In this document: positions 37,452 to 51,300 of the stretch, piece by piece
How positions within the stretch are numbered: the stretch's first letter is position 1
Layout: every line of letters starts with the position of its first letter
Assembly (NCBI RefSeq): GCF_030684315.1
Contig: NC_081362.1
Location: forward strand, 15,742,589-15,806,588
Source: Stegostoma tigrinum
Taxonomy: Eukaryota
DNA: 64,000 nucleotides
Direction of reading: 5' to 3'
Notes under the pieces: generated by a model
Databases searched by the model: none
The model's input: the letters and a program-made list of their open reading frames with translations, nothing else
What the model was told of the DNA's origin: nothing
Made by a program: the position numbers and the translations under genes

Positions 37452-38344
37452 AAGAGCTAAAAAGGTCATAGGGTTAGAGTTTATATCGCTAGGGAGTGGC
37501 AAGGACATGGAGGAATTCAGGGGCAAAAATGAGAATTGTATAAATACCAACATTGGCATTGGATGGGAACCAATCAAGGTTACAGAGCACAGGAGTGGTG
37601 GATCAAAGGGATTTTACACACTTTGGAATTTTGGCAGCAGAGAGGAGTGCCCATCAGAAAATCAAAACTTTATTAGGCTTCAATATCAAATGAGCAGAAA
37701 AATTTGCCAACCAAATGTTGAAAAGGCCATTTGACATCGCTTTTGGGCTGCTGTTACAATCTTTGTTTCTACGTAACTGACTTTACCCTTGCAGTAGTCT
37801 GGACCAGACTGTTTGCTAGCTTGGGATTAAATTTCACTCTGAAATGAGTTTCTAATCACATATCTACAACATCATCAAGATAGTCCGTTCACATCTCCCT
37901 GAAAATGACTCATTTTATTTTTGCCCCAGACATTCTGTTCTGAAACCCTCTTCTCAATGTTTGTCACCACCAGCCTTGTCTTTTCTAATATATTCTTAGC
38001 TGGTTTCCCACGTGCTTTTTGATCTACATTGATCCCCAGTGAAGAAAAGCCCTCAATTTTTAAATTGTCATGCTTAATTTCAAATCTTTTCAATGGTTTC
38101 ATTCCTGCCTTTCTCTGTGATCCCACCCAACTGTCCCCTGAGATATCTGTGCTCAATTAATCTAGTTTCTTGAGCATTCACCATTTTAATTGGTCAACCA
38201 GTGTCTTCAGTTGTTAAGATCCCAACCTTTGGAATTCCCTCCTTGCATCATCCACCTCTCTACTTTTTTCACTCCAAGGACACTCGTTAGAGCCTACCAC
38301 ATTGGCCAAGCTTTTGATCACCTGACCTAATACATCCAATATGG

Positions 38345-38420
38345 GATAACAAAGTGTGGCCAAGCAGCATCTTAGGAGCACAAAAGCTGACGTTTCGGGC
38401 CTAGACACTTCTTCAGAAAA
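38345..38420 (-). mobile_element. Short Penelope pLTR copy
   Basis: gataacaaagtgtg..gacgtttcgggcctagacacttcttcag. Confidence 0.7.
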
Positions 38421-39660
38421 GATTGGTGTCAAAAGTTTGTTGAATTGCAATCACGAAATGCTTTAAAATGGTTTATTACATTAGAGGTGCTAGAGAAATG
38501 GAAGTTGTTGTTGGTGTTCAGGAAAAGTCCAATTGCATTGTGACCCTAATAGTCCACAGTCTGTGGGATCTGACTCAAATCTTAACCTAAATATGATCCA
38601 TTGTTGTTGTCAGTTTAATCCCAATGTGCAAACTGAGCAAATCAATGGAAAAAAAAACTGGATTAATTTTTCCCTCCACAAGATGAGAGGAGGCAGTGAG
38701 CCAGTGACCAGATAAAAGAGATTAGACTGGTGGGGGTTTAACCTGAGGGTCACCACACTTCAGGTGAGGGAAAGAAAGTCCATTGTAGAAAGCTCAGCTG
38801 GAGTTAAACCCGTTCTATTGGCATCAGTCACAGATTGCAAACCAACCATCCAGCCTACTGAACTAACTGGCCCCCAGCCACCAGCTCTGTTGGAGAAAGC
38901 AGCTGAGATTTTTATTCTGAACGATTACCAGTTTCATTCAATTCAATTTCACTCTCTGTGTTTGCTTAGGGATATTCCTCCTAAACCAACCTGTTGACAG
39001 CTGTTATTACACAGCTCAGGAGTAGGTAGGGATTTGAACTGGGATATCTGGCTCAGAGATCTGATTTAAAAAAAAAACAAAATCTACATTATTCATAAAA
39101 CACACACACGCACATACATATATATATATATATAGTCACAAACACAGTTTGGCTCTGTACAATAGCATACCATGTGAATGTTAGCATGGGAAATGTAGGG
39201 TTACAGAGACAGGGTGAGGGATGCAATGCTGTTCAGAGAGACAGTATAGACTTAATGGGCTGAATGGCCTGCTTCCACACTGTAGAGATTCTATGATATT
39301 GAGGAAACAAACATTGGAGTTTGTCTCTATCTAAACAAACTAAAACCTTCTCTTACTTGAACCACACTACTCCTGGCTCAGAGATCTGATACCTTTTTTA
39401 TTTCAAAAATATACTTCATTCATTAAAAATCTCTTTGTATATATACAGTCAGAAATGCAGCTTGGCTCAGTACAATAGCATATCGAGTAAACAAACAAAC
39501 ATTTGAGTTTGACTCAACCCAAAGGCATCTCTTAACACACACATTTCCATGCATTGGGTCACTAGGAGGGTCTGATAACTGAGCCAATTCTGTATCTGTA
39601 TTGCCACTTACCCCTTAATTCCATGGCCTTCCAGTCTGGCATTATTTTGGTTATTGTCAG

Positions 39661-39962
39661 GTTGGCATGGTGGCACAATGGTGCCCCACGGTGCCAGGGA
39701 GCCGAGTTTGATTCTCAGCCCTGGGCGACTGTCTGTGTAGAGTTTGCACATCCTGCCTGTGTCCTTCGGTTCTTCGGTTTCCTCCCAACAGTCTAAAGAT
39801 GCGCAGGTTAGGGCGGACTGACCATGCAAAAGTTGCCCATGGGGTCCATGGACGGGAAATGCAGGGTTGCAGGGACAGGGTCGGGGGTGGGATGCTCTTC
39901 GGGAGGGTCAGTGTGGACTCAATGGGCCGAATGGCCTGCTCCCACACTGCGGGGATTCTATG
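39661..39962 (+). mobile_element. HE1-type SINE
   Basis: V-domain and gggccgaatggcctgct..ggattctatg tail. Confidence 0.8.
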
Positions 39963-40019
39963 AATTAACTACAGCAAAGGGAGACCTCAGGCATTGGTCT
40001 TTCCCCTCACTGCGAAAGG

Positions 40020-40900
40020 TGCTCTGATACGCGTTGTGTTTATTGCTGCCGAGCTCGGTGCAGAGCCCTGTGTGTGTGTGTGTGTGTGTGAGGGTGGTAG
40101 GAAATGTCCTTGCTGCTGATCTGTCAGTGCTGATAATCGGCCAGGGCGGATTTAACTCTCTCAAAGAAGGCGAGGATCTACGCTAATGCTCGCCGTTTGC
40201 TTTCAGGGAGCTTGGGGTCATCCGGAAAGCGAACCTCCTGCAGAGATGAAGTTCAGGCTCCCTTCAGCTGTTGCAGGGAGCAGGGCTCTCATTGGGTGGA
40301 GGGCAGTAGTGAGTCAGCTTCAACACTGCTGCTCTGAGCTGAGCCAGAAGAACAATTACAGAGAGAGAGAGAGTGTGTCAGGATGGCGACAGGGAGACAG
40401 TATGGAAGATCCCCCCTGGATATCGCCAACGTGATGCAGAAATTGCAAGGTAGGCTCTGCAAATCTCGCTTGCTTTTTTTTTTCTTTTCATCCGCTCGTT
40501 GCCCAGCGGTGATATGTAGCGTCCCGCGGTCTGCAAGCTCCGAGGGCAGGATGTCTGTGCGTCTGCCTCACCATCTTCTCGCATCTGCAGAATGCACTCG
40601 TGCTTACAAGTTGCGTTTTTATTCTAACACGTTGGGCGATGCGGGGAACTTGCATTTGAGAATTTTGCCATGCTAGATTGCTGGACTTCACTCGCCTTTT
40701 TGGGTACTTTGTTGAATCCTGATCGTGGAGATTGCAATTCGGGAGTAACTGAAGGCTGGGGGTTGGCTTTGCCGTGAGTTCTGAGCGATGTAACAGGTTT
40801 GAGTTTTTCTGATCATAACCATGCCTTGTGTGTATGGATCTACAGAAACGGTGCTGCGGTGTCTGTAGTCAAGGACACGCGGTACACAGTTAGGCAGCCG
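40020..40900 (+). promoter_or_regulatory. CpG-enriched region, probable promoter / first exon / start of intron 1 of a second gene
   Basis: Locally high CpG density in non-repeat sequence; GGGCGG GC-box (~40144), inverted CCAAT (ATTGG, 40291), short TG and GA runs. Confidence 0.5.
40383..40449 (+). CDS. Candidate first coding exon of an unidentified gene, MATGRQYGRSPLDIANVMQKLQ + phase-1 intron
   Basis: Strong Kozak context (aggATGG) and donor AAG|GTAGGC at 40450 inside the CpG-rich region. No convincing downstream exon found in the window; product not recognised. Confidence 0.45.
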
Positions 40901-41359
40901 ACACTGACTTCACTTTTAACGCTGGTTGTTAAGGGTACCAGAGAATGGCTGGACTCTGAAATCTAGGTTGCGTTTGAAAGGGCTTTTTATTTTGTTTAAT
41001 CTGTTTACTGTCGTTTCCAAGGGACCCGGTTCTGAGTGCGGAGTGCCACACTCAAAAAATCTGAAAGGAAAACAGAAAGTACTGAGAGTACTCAGCAGGT
41101 CTGGCAACCGATGTGGAGAGAGAGAGAGAGAGAACAGCGTTTCAGTTCAATGAGCTTTCATCAGAGGGGCTCCTGAGAGAATGAAATAAGACATGTCTAA
41201 GAGGATCTAGGGCTATAACCCAGAAAGATAGTTAGTAAAGGATGCACATTTTTATTTGTGGAGCTGTACATCACCCACATGCACATCCTCAACTCACAAC
41301 TGCAGTTTCAGTCTGCTGCTGTGAAATAAACAGGTTAATTCCCAATACCTGCATGCAAT

Positions 41360-41770
41360 TAAACACTCAAACCCAACACACACACATACACACACACACA
41401 CATACACACACATGCAGACACTCACACACACACACACGCACACACTCACACATGCACACACACACAACCAACATACACATAACCATAACACGCACATCCA
41501 GAACATACTCACACCCAGCACACACTCACACACACCCAAACATATTCACACCCAACACACACACACACAAACACGCACACATACGGCACACACACTCACA
41601 TTCAACACACACTGATGCCTGACACACACTCGCCTCTGACATATACTATGTACATACACTGGCCAAACCACAGTCATGCTCAATACACATTCATACTCTG
41701 ACACACTTCCAGCATGCACACCCAAAACACAGATATCCAATACACACACTTACACACAGCATACTGACGT
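41360..41770. repeat. Degenerate CA-rich low-complexity tract
   Basis: Interrupted (CA)n runs. Confidence 0.85.
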
Positions 41771-41850
41771 CTGTCTACCACACAGACCCAGTGTGTGCAT
41801 GTGCGTGCATCAACACATACCCTCCTTAACCTAGCACTAACTGCAGTCTC

Positions 41851-42066
41851 AGATAATGAGGTGTAGAGCTGGATGAACACAGCAGGCCAAGCAACATCAA
41901 AAGAGCAGAAAGGCTGACGTTTCGGGCCTAGACCCTTCCGTTTCTGAAGAAGGGCCTAGGCCTGAAACGTCAGCCTTCCTGCTCCTCTGATGCTGCTTGG
42001 CCTGCTGTGTTCATCCAGCTCTACACCTTGTTATCTCAGATTCTGCAGCATCTGCAGTTCCTACTA
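41851..42066. mobile_element. Penelope pLTR-derived fold-back element
   Basis: ~90-bp inverted arms plus tail; degenerate ~21-bp TSD ctag.actaa..gcag.ctca (41831-41851, 42064-42084). Confidence 0.85.
41944..41971 (+). ncRNA. Minimal hammerhead ribozyme core
   Basis: CTGAAGA-AGGGCCTAGGCCT-GAAAC-GTC at the centre of a fold-back element. Confidence 0.5.
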
Positions 42067-42210
42067 GTACTAAACGCAGGCTCACTGTTGCCCCTGCTGA
42101 AGCCACTTGGCTCAACCAAAACCAGGGCTTGAACTAAGGAATGTCACGGCTTAGCTGCCATTCTGTCTGTCAAGTCAATTGCCATGCTAAAGGATCCAGA
42201 TGATACTACA

Positions 42211-42341
42211 GTGATAATGGGAACTGCTGATGCTGGAGAATCCAAGATAATAAAATGTGAGGATGGATGAACACAGCAGGCCCAGCAGCATCTCAGGAGC
42301 ACAAAAGCTGACGTTTCGGGCCCAGACCCTTCATCAGAAAG
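42211..42341 (-). mobile_element. Single-arm Penelope pLTR copy
   Basis: TSD cagatgat(a/c)ctaca (42197-42210, 42342-42355); intact hammerhead core. Confidence 0.8.
42310..42337 (-). ncRNA. Minimal hammerhead ribozyme core
   Basis: Minus strand reads CTGATGA-AGGGTCTGGGCCC-GAAAC-GTC. Confidence 0.5.
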
Positions 42342-42962
42342 CAGATGATCCTACACTTAATTTTCTTTTGAACCGATCAATATTTGATGCTGCATACCAT
42401 TAATGCTTAAACCTTTCAGACTGTAATTAAGCTTCTGCCCTTGCTCGTGTTAATGACACTAGAAAGAAGTGTCAGGCTCTGAAGGCGGGTGTGTATAATT
42501 CAGACCTTGCTCTGCTACACCAGACAATCTAAAAGGGGAAGCTTTGTAATTACACAATATCTCACACTCCTTTCTCTTCACCTCCCCTTTCGTTTGTCTC
42601 CTGTTAAAGACCGGGACTCCTGCTGTGGCAATAATTCACTGACAGAATTTCAGCCGTGCTGCCAACCTTCAGGGAGGGGAGCATGGATGCTGAGTGGGCA
42701 GACAGGCTATTTGACAACTAGGGGCATCACTGGTGAACTCCACTTGTTTACCTATAGCCAGCTTCCATTTTTTTTTCCTGTGACTGTCCCTGACTCTTGT
42801 TTACAAATGCTGGATAATTCTCTTTCCTCCCTTTCTGTTGCCTTGGATTTGGGAGATGGGTCAGGACAACCCAGCATGTACAGGAACAGTAACTTTGGGG
42901 TTTTACTGGCTTGTAGCGATGCACCTTCAGCTGGAGGTGGGTGGTGCTGGTGTGAATCAATC

Positions 42963-43250
42963 AATGAATCCCTAAAGGGTAGCCCATTCGGCCCATTGAG
43001 TCCACACTGACCCTCTGAAGGACATCCCACCCTATCCCTGTAAGGCTGCATTTTCCATGGCTAACCCACTTGGCCTGTACACTATGGGCAATTTACCCTA
43101 ACCTGCACATCTTTGGACTGTGGGAGGAAAACCCCCACAGACACAGACACAGGGAGAATGTGCAGATTTCACACAGACAGTCGTCTGAGGCTGGAATCAA
43201 AGCCAGGCCTCCGGCACTGTGAGGCAGCAGCACTAACCACTGAGCCACCC
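42963..43250 (-). mobile_element. HE1-type SINE
   Basis: Similarity to the other copies. Confidence 0.8.
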
Positions 43251-45074
43251 TCAGAAGACCCCAGAAGATTGCTGTGTTCTACCGCAGTCAGGAATGTTAA
43301 CTTTCTGATTTAATCTCAGAGTAATGGAGACAGGCTTTTACATTACTTCCTGCCTGTGTCAATGAAAAGTCAGTGCAAACTGAAACCGATTCCCTGGCTC
43401 CACCTTTCCTGCAGTGCAAAGGTTCAGAAATTGTCAATTTTTGTGATCACTGCGTTCACTTAACGTTTATTTGAACACTAATCCACACTCTCCGCAGTTT
43501 GTTAATTCATACTTTTGAATCCTTCAGATAAGAGCAGTTGATGTTTGCAGAAGTGCTGTTATGATTCAGTCATTACTCAATATCCATTTTGTCTGTTGCT
43601 TGTTCCTTCTCCTTTTGAAACGAGTAGATTTATCATCATATCCCTCGATTCCCTTTTCACTCGTATGTGTATCTAATCTCCCTTTAAAAATACCCCCACT
43701 CTTTTTGCTTCAGCCTGGTGGCAAGTTCCACATTCTCTCTGTCTTTGGGTGATGCTGTTTTATCCTGAAATCCTTATCAGGTTTGATCGCATGTATTTTG
43801 CATTCACAAAGTGTGGGCATCACTGGCCGAACCAGCATTTATTGCCCATCCCTAATTGCCCAGAAGGCAGTTGAGAGTCAACTACATTGCTGTGGGTCTG
43901 GAGTCACAAATAGGTCAGACCATGTAAGTATGGCAGATTTCCTTCCTTTAAGGGCATTGGTGAATCAGATGGGTTTGTCCAACAATAGATTCATAGTCAT
44001 CTCCTAGTTAGGCTCTTGATTCTAGATTTTTAGTGGATTTAACAATCTCCGTTTGCTGTGGCAGGATTTGAACTCATGTCCCCAGAGCATTACCTGGACC
44101 TCTGGATTATCAATCCAGTGCTAATCCCACTAGGCCATTACCTCCTGTCTTTCTCAGTGACTGCCTCATACTGAACTCTGCGGTAAGAGGCTTTCCGTTA
44201 GCACAGACAATCCATTCTCAACCCAGCGACAGTGCACAGAGGAACTGCTGTCAGTCGAAGTTTGACTGTATGAAACCACGTGATCGTTCCAGCTCATGTA
44301 ACATGCCAACATTGTGGCCATCAGTTCACCCAGTGTTCAGGGATCGACCCAGCCTGCACTGTCACCTGTGCCTGAGACCAGCCTGCATTCTGGCAGACAG
44401 AGAGAGAGGGAGAGGCACTGAGGACAGTTCAGCAAAGTGTGGGACAACAGTGTAGCAAATATACTAAACTTACAACTGGGAATGAGAGAACAATGGAGAT
44501 TATTAAAAAGCCCTCATCTCTGTTGAAAGCAGAGGCACCACAGGAGGAGTTATAGGAATGGCAAATGGTAGATATTAGGACTATTGAAGTATCAAAAGCA
44601 TTGAAGGCAAATACGGTTGATTGATCACTGTCCCTGGAGGATGAGCAGCTGGAGTTCAAACGGAGATCAACGAAGAAGTAGCAAACGCTCTCCTTACCAC
44701 AGACTGGGCCTGTTTTCTCTTGCAAAATGAAGGCTGAGGGGTGATCTGTAGCATTGCAGAGTAGGTAGAACACAGAAGGAGGCCATACAGCCCATCCTGT
44801 ATATGTTGGCTTCCTACAGGATCAAGTCACCTTGCCTACTCAGTAGATGTCTTCGGACAGTCACAAAGTTCTCGACTGAATGAACCCCAGACAGATGTCT
44901 CGTCCCATGGGGAAGAGCACAATTGCAGGTCATCGTTGTGAGGCAGCCAGTGAGAAATCCTTCAGGGAATTCACGATAAAACAGTTTTACTCAAACAGAG
45001 AGAGAGAGAATGTGGAACATGCTGCCAGAAGAAGCGAAGAGGATACACATTTTTAAGGTGAAGTTAAATACACA

Positions 45075-45395
45075 TAGAACCTACATTTCCTGCAGGGCAG
45101 GTAGAAGCTGTTTGGCTCGTCAACTCTGCGCTAACTCTCTGAAGAGCATCCCACTACCACCCCCCCGACCCTATCCCTGTAAATCTGCATTTCCCATGGC
45201 TAACCCACCCAGCCTGCACACCCCTGGATAATTTAGCATGGCCAATCCACCTAAGCTGCACATCTTTGGACTGTGGGAGGAAACCGGAGCACCCGGAGGA
45301 AACCCACACAGACATGGGGAGAATGTGCAAACTCCACACAGACAGTCACCCTGGCGCTGTTAAGACTGTAGTGCTAACCACTGAGCCACTATGCT
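45075..45395 (-). mobile_element. HE1-type SINE
   Basis: Similarity to the other copies; B-box region deleted. Confidence 0.75.
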
Positions 45396-46099
45396 GATCA
45401 TAATGACTTGATGCATTTTCTGTTCAAAAACATTTCACAAATGATAGCATAAAACTTCAGCAGCAATAATGATATTATTAATAAATGCTAATAAATTGCA
45501 TGGTTTCTCGGCCTGCAGTTGATGTGCGGAGGCAGGAAAAGTTCTCTGGAACTATCACCCCCCCCCCCATACTGCATGAGTTTTGCAGAACTGGATGCAG
45601 TGGGTGGGGAGGAGGGGGCGGACGTGGCAGATGTCCCCAAAGGCGGTAGGTTACTGACACAACTTGCTAAAGGTCACTAAGGCCCACCGATGGCTGGCTG
45701 GGATTGTCCAGTCCCCCTGCAGGTACCCATAGGTTGCAGTGGCTGGGTTAATTCTTCAAAAGGGACTCCTGATCTGGGCCCAGCAACAGCTGCTGTTCTT
45801 CCGGAGTGTTGGAGGGCGGGGTCTGTCTAATTTCCTCCCACCCCCCCACCCCTTCCACCTCCTTCCACCTCCTTCATGGCCTGTCTGCAAAAGCTGTTCT
45901 TCAGTTGAGGTTGAAAGATGATGTAGATGGAGTGCCTCCATTTTGAAGCCCCCCCCAGCTTACCTTCTATTGCAGCCTGCTCCTCCTTTCGAGGTGGAAG
46001 CCTCTGATTGGCTACTTAGCCTAGGCAGCCCACCAACCAACTCTTACTGAATGGTGTGCCTGACCTCTGGCCATAAATGGGCCACGTTTTAAAAATTCA

Positions 46100-48390
46100 G
46101 TCATGAGATGTGGGTGTCGCTGGGTGGGCCAGCATTTACTGCCCATCCCTAGTTGCCCTTGAGAAGGTGGTGGTGAGCTGCCTTCTTGAACAGCTGCACT
46201 CCATTTTGTGTATACGGACCCAAATGCTGTTGTGGAGGGACTTGCAAGATTTTGACACAGTGACACTGAAGTACAGCGATATATTTCCAAGTCAGGGTGG
46301 TTGGTGGCTTGGAGGAAAGCTTGTAGGTTGTGGTGTTCCCATGTATCTGTTGCCCTTGCTGTTTTAGATAGAAGTGGTCATGGAGTTGGAATGTGCTGTC
46401 TAAGGGGCCTTGGTGAATTTCTGCAGTGCATCTTGTACACAATGTTGATATTTCACATCAGAGGTGGAAGGAGTGGATGTTTATGGGTGTGGTGCCAATC
46501 AAGTGGGCTGCTTTGTTCTGGATGGTGTCAAGCTGCACCCATCCAGGCAAGTGGGGAATATTCCATCCCATTCCTGACTTGTGCCTTGTAGATGGTGGAC
46601 AGGCTTTGAGGAGTCAGGAGGTGAGTTACTTACTGCAGTATTCCTAGCCTCTGACCTGCTGTGCTTTCCATGTATTCATTTGGCAAGTCCAGCTCAGTTT
46701 CTGGTTAATGAGTAACCACTAAAATGTTGATAACGGGGTGTTCAGCACACCATTGAATATTCAAAGTGGCATTGGTTAGATTCTCCTGTTGGGGATAAAC
46801 ATTGCCTGGCACTTGTGTGGCATTAATATTACTTGCAACTGTCAGTCCTAATCTGCATGTTGTCCAAGTCTTGTTGCATTTGGGCGATGGAGGTGCCTTT
46901 GCATCTGAGGAGTTGTACATGGTGTTGGGCATGGTACAATTATTAGCGGACATTCCCACTTTGGATGTTATGATGCAGGGAATGTCATTGATGAAGCAGA
47001 TGAAGGTGGTTGGGCAAAGGACACTCTCCTGAGGAACTAGGACTCTTGTTGGGTAGTGGTAATGTCTGTACCTCTGAGCCAGCAGGCCCAGGTTCATGTT
47101 ACACCTGTTGCAGAGGTGTGTAGTAACATTTCTGATCAAATAGATTTAAAACTGTATACCCTGAGGAGCTCCTGCAGAGATGTCTTGGAGCTGAGATGAC
47201 TGACCTCCAGTAACAATGACCAACTTCCTATGTGCCAGGTATAACTCCAAACAGTAGAGTGTTTTTTGCCTGATACCCAATGATGCTGTATTCAGTCGAA
47301 TAAGGCCTTGATGTCACTTTGCCTCTGGAATTCAACTCTTTTGTCCATGTTTGAACCATGGCTGTAATGACATCAGGAGTTGAGTGGCCCCGGCAGAATC
47401 CAAACTGAGTGTCACTGAGCAGGTTATTGCTGAGCAGGTGCTGCTTGATAGCACTGTTACTGACACCTTCCATCACTTTACTGATGGTCGAGAGGAGACT
47501 GATGGGGCAGTAAATGGCTTTTTCTGTACAGGACGTAACTGGGCAGTTTTCCATATTATATGTGATCCTGCTCCAGTGAGTCATTTACTTTTTCTTAACG
47601 TTCACAACTGGATGTGGCAGGACTACAGAGTTTAACTCTAATCTGTTGAGTGTGGGATCGTTTTGCTTTGTCTAGCATCTAGTTTATGCTATCTGGCACG
47701 CAAGTAATCTTTTGTTGCATCCTCACCAGTTGACACCTCATTTTCAGTTATGCCTGGCGTTGCTCCTGGATGCCATCCAGCACTCTCCATTGAAGCAGGG
47801 TTAATCTCCTGGTGTGATGGTAATGGTAGTGTATGGGATATGAGGTTGTGGATTGTGCTGGAATATAATACTGTTGCTGTTGATGGCCCACAGTGTGTTA
47901 TGGTTGTCCAGTGTTGAGTTGCTGGATCTGTTTGAAGTCCCTCCCATTTGGCATGGTCATAGTGGCACGCAACTCAATGTGAAGGTGTGCATTTAACTCC
48001 CACCAATATCGATATATTCACCTGTGGCAGGCAGATTGGTGAGGGTGAGGTCAGATACATTTTTGCCACTCATCAGTTCCCTCATCACCTTCCTCAGAGC
48101 CACTCTAGGAGCAGCTTGGTCAGTGGTGGTACTGCTTAGCTTCTCCTGGTGATGAACATGAAAGTCTTCCATCCAGAGTCCATTGTACACACTTGCCACC
48201 CTCAGTGCCTCCTCCAAGTGATATCCATCGCTCCAAGAGTTGAGGGGGATGTGGTCCACGGTAATCAGCAGGAGATGTCCTAATCCCATGTTTGACATGA
48301 AGTCTCACGGAATCAGGGAGTTCAGAGACAATGTTAAGGATTCCCAGGGTAACTCCCTTCCAAACTATATGCCACTGTGCTGCCATCTCT
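46100..48390 (-). mobile_element. Old degenerate CR1/L2-like LINE (EN + RT + 3' tail)
   Basis: ORF remnants HLEEALRV..DFHVHHQE (47993-48298), PISLLSTISKVME..QFGF (47228-47584) and VPQESVLCPTTFICFIND (46705-47139). 3' tail at ~46100-46160. Confidence 0.8.
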
Positions 48391-51300
48391 GTCCCTCTAG
48401 TGGGACAGAAACTGGTTTCATTGGATTGTTAATTCCACACTTTATTGAATTCAAATTCCATTTGCCCTGGTGGGATTTGAACATAACCTGGGAATTTCAG
48501 ATGACCAGCCCAGTGACAATGACTCCTCAAAGTTCAGCCCTGTGTCCTACAGAGAAAACCTTCCCCTGAGACGGCAGTGTGGATTGAGAGATAGTCGGAA
48601 AACAGAAAGCAAGGAGTATGAGGAAATGCGGCCGCTGTTTAGCTCAGTGCAGCTCCTGGCATTCCCAAGGGATTTCTCTTGATCTCTGCAGATGTAGGTG
48701 ATGTAACAGACATGGGTGGATCCCAGTCAGCAGAGTTTGGGGCCTTTTATAGGGAAGAGAGGAGAGAGATGGAAGAGGCACGACCTAGGTTTATCTACGC
48801 TATCAATGTGCAGTTTTAACTCCTACTAGGTGTGAGAGACCGAGGTATTAATAGCTGTGTTCACTAAAACAGAGGTTAACAGCTAATTAACAGAAGTGTT
48901 CAAAATTCTGGGAGGGTTGGAAAATTAAACTAGTGACAGATATTTTTCCATTGGACCATTGGACCATTGGAATAGAATGAGTATCTAAGCTTTTATGCAT
49001 GTCCTGTCACTCAGTAAGATCTTGACTGGTTGATGAATCTATAATGGGAATGACACAGAATGTGGTCTATTGCAAGTTGAATGGGAGATGTGAGCAGTAG
49101 ATCATTTGCAAACCAACTGACATTGTGGAAGCGGTATTGTCACATGGAAGGTGGCAGTTTCAAAAAAAGATAGGAAGCCACAGCTTGCTGCTTAGAAAGT
49201 CCAACCGGAGAGTTTCAGTGGAATTTGTAAATAGCAGGTTTGTGCTTGACTGACTGAAGTAAACTGCAAGTGGATTACTGAGCAAGCAGATTGAAAAAGG
49301 GCACAACAAATTTGATGTATTTGCTGTTCAAAACATTTACCTGGTTGCCATTCAGTGGCCTTCTGAGTGTTAGGGTTTGTATTTTAAGGATAAATATTTG
49401 GTTTTATTGGCAACATTAGGGATGGGATTTGTGTCAGATTAAAAGTTCTCTGGAACCCCCACCTTGCTACTAGAATCGGTTTTTGTCCAAGTGAAAAGAC
49501 CCACTACAGCTTTCTCAACATAACTGGGTGTGTCCTGAGATAATAAACAAACTACAATTGAAATCTGTGACGCATTTTCTCTGATTGGCAACCCCTGTCC
49601 CGTTCTATTTTTCCCATCCATGAATTCTGCTATAATTTACAGGATCATGATGGTTTCTTTGTCCTCCTGGGACCAAACCAAGGTATGCCAGAGCTCTCAG
49701 GAATTCACTTTGGTTCTCAGCATCCTTGCTATTCTCTGAGGAATGAAATTTCTTGAGGCCTTTCCACCAGCATCCTGTGAAGCAGCCTTCCAACTGGCCT
49801 TCTAGCACCTCACCACCATGGATACCCAACTCAAGCAGGAGTCTCACTGAACTCTCGGTTAGTGCCCCTAAGCTAGAATAACAGTCCTGGTTTCTGGAAG
49901 CTCTCTGCTTCTGGCCTTCAAACCCTTCCAAACCCCAACTTATGGAAGCGTTCTGTCTTTAGCTCCCAGGTCCCAATTGCCTGTTTTTGTGAAAACAGTC
50001 AGAGGGATAAATTTAAAACAAAAGACATACCACCTCACGTATCCTATTTGTGTAGCAACATAGTAAAGCTCAGATGTTCTAGATAGACATCTAATCCAGC
50101 TAACATATCTTAAAACATCCCTTTGATTCAAAGGCCAGCGAATAATTTAACCACCTTATGGAGACAGCCACAGACATCCTGTCTCTGCTAAGATACAGAG
50201 AACAAGCTCATGGTTTAGCATCTTGTTTATTTCCACCCCTGACATCTTTAAGTAAAAATGGACTATTCCCTGAACTGCATTTGTTTTTTTGGTTACCAGA
50301 ATCTCAACTCAGGGGCTTCCATTAGCTTCCCTTTAAATTGCAATTGCCAACCTAAAATTTATATTCCTATAACAAGTGAATCATGAAATTAGACATTTGA
50401 CAGTAGTGATCACTTGTGAAATGGAGGAAGTAAAACGGCCACTTTATACACAGTAAGTTCCCACAAGTAATAATATAAATCAATTGCTAGTGATATAGGT
50501 TGAGATTGAGGGAGCAACTTTGGCGACATAAATGGAGAATTTCCTGTCCTTCAGTAGATCTCACTGTTGTATCTTATCAATTTCAATACTTCAGTTGAAA
50601 GCCACCTGTGCAATGAGGCACTTCCTCTACACTGTATGGGAACAGCAGCCAAGATGAAATGCCCATGGCCTTGTAGTTGACTCAGAGGTGAATATGCTCC
50701 CCACTGAGCTAATGCTTTCTTCCATTGTGAGGATACACTTGCAATCAGCAGAGACACAAAAGCATTGGGATTAGGTTCAAATCCATGACATTGTACCAAG
50801 AACGTAGAAGCAGAAGTAGGCCATCTTGTCTGTTGAGTGAGCCCCACAATTCAATAAGATCACAATCGATCTGTTTGTGTTCGCATCTCCTCTTCTGTAT
50901 CTGTACCCTATAAACTTCGATCTTCTCTGCTCTTGTCCATAAACAACCTACCTCATTCAGCTTTAACTAAGTTTAAAGTGCCAGCTCCCGCTACCTTCTG
51001 GGGAAGAGAATTGCTACACTTAACAACTCTGAGGAACAAAAACCTCCTCATTATAAAATAAAACAAAGAACTGTGGATACTGGAAATCTGAAACAAAGAC
51101 TAGAAATTTCTGGAGAAACTCAGCAGGTCTGGTGGCCTCTGTGGAGAGAAAGCAGGGCTAACATTTTGAGCTCAGTGACCCATCTTCAGAACTTCTTCAG
51201 ACTCTCTGAAAAGCTAACTCTCCAAAAATCTCCTCAAGTCTCTCTTACCTTGCAGGTGTAAACTATATTCCCCAGTTTTAGTCTCCCCCTTTAAAACTAC

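Noticed and set aside
40246-40434. MKFRLPSAVA... as a COL12A1-like signal peptide exon
   Set aside because: Only the first few residues look similar; there is no hydrophobic core and the frame runs to a stop at 40434.
41242-41880. His/Thr-rich and Cys/Val-rich ORFs
   Set aside because: Translations of CA/TG microsatellite sequence; the same applies to 60501-60842.
49040-50375. Possible solo LTR relics (also ~1760-2100, 21485-22460, 57890-58710)
   Set aside because: Only compositional hints and TG..CA-like ends; no paired LTRs, PBS or TSDs could be established by eye.
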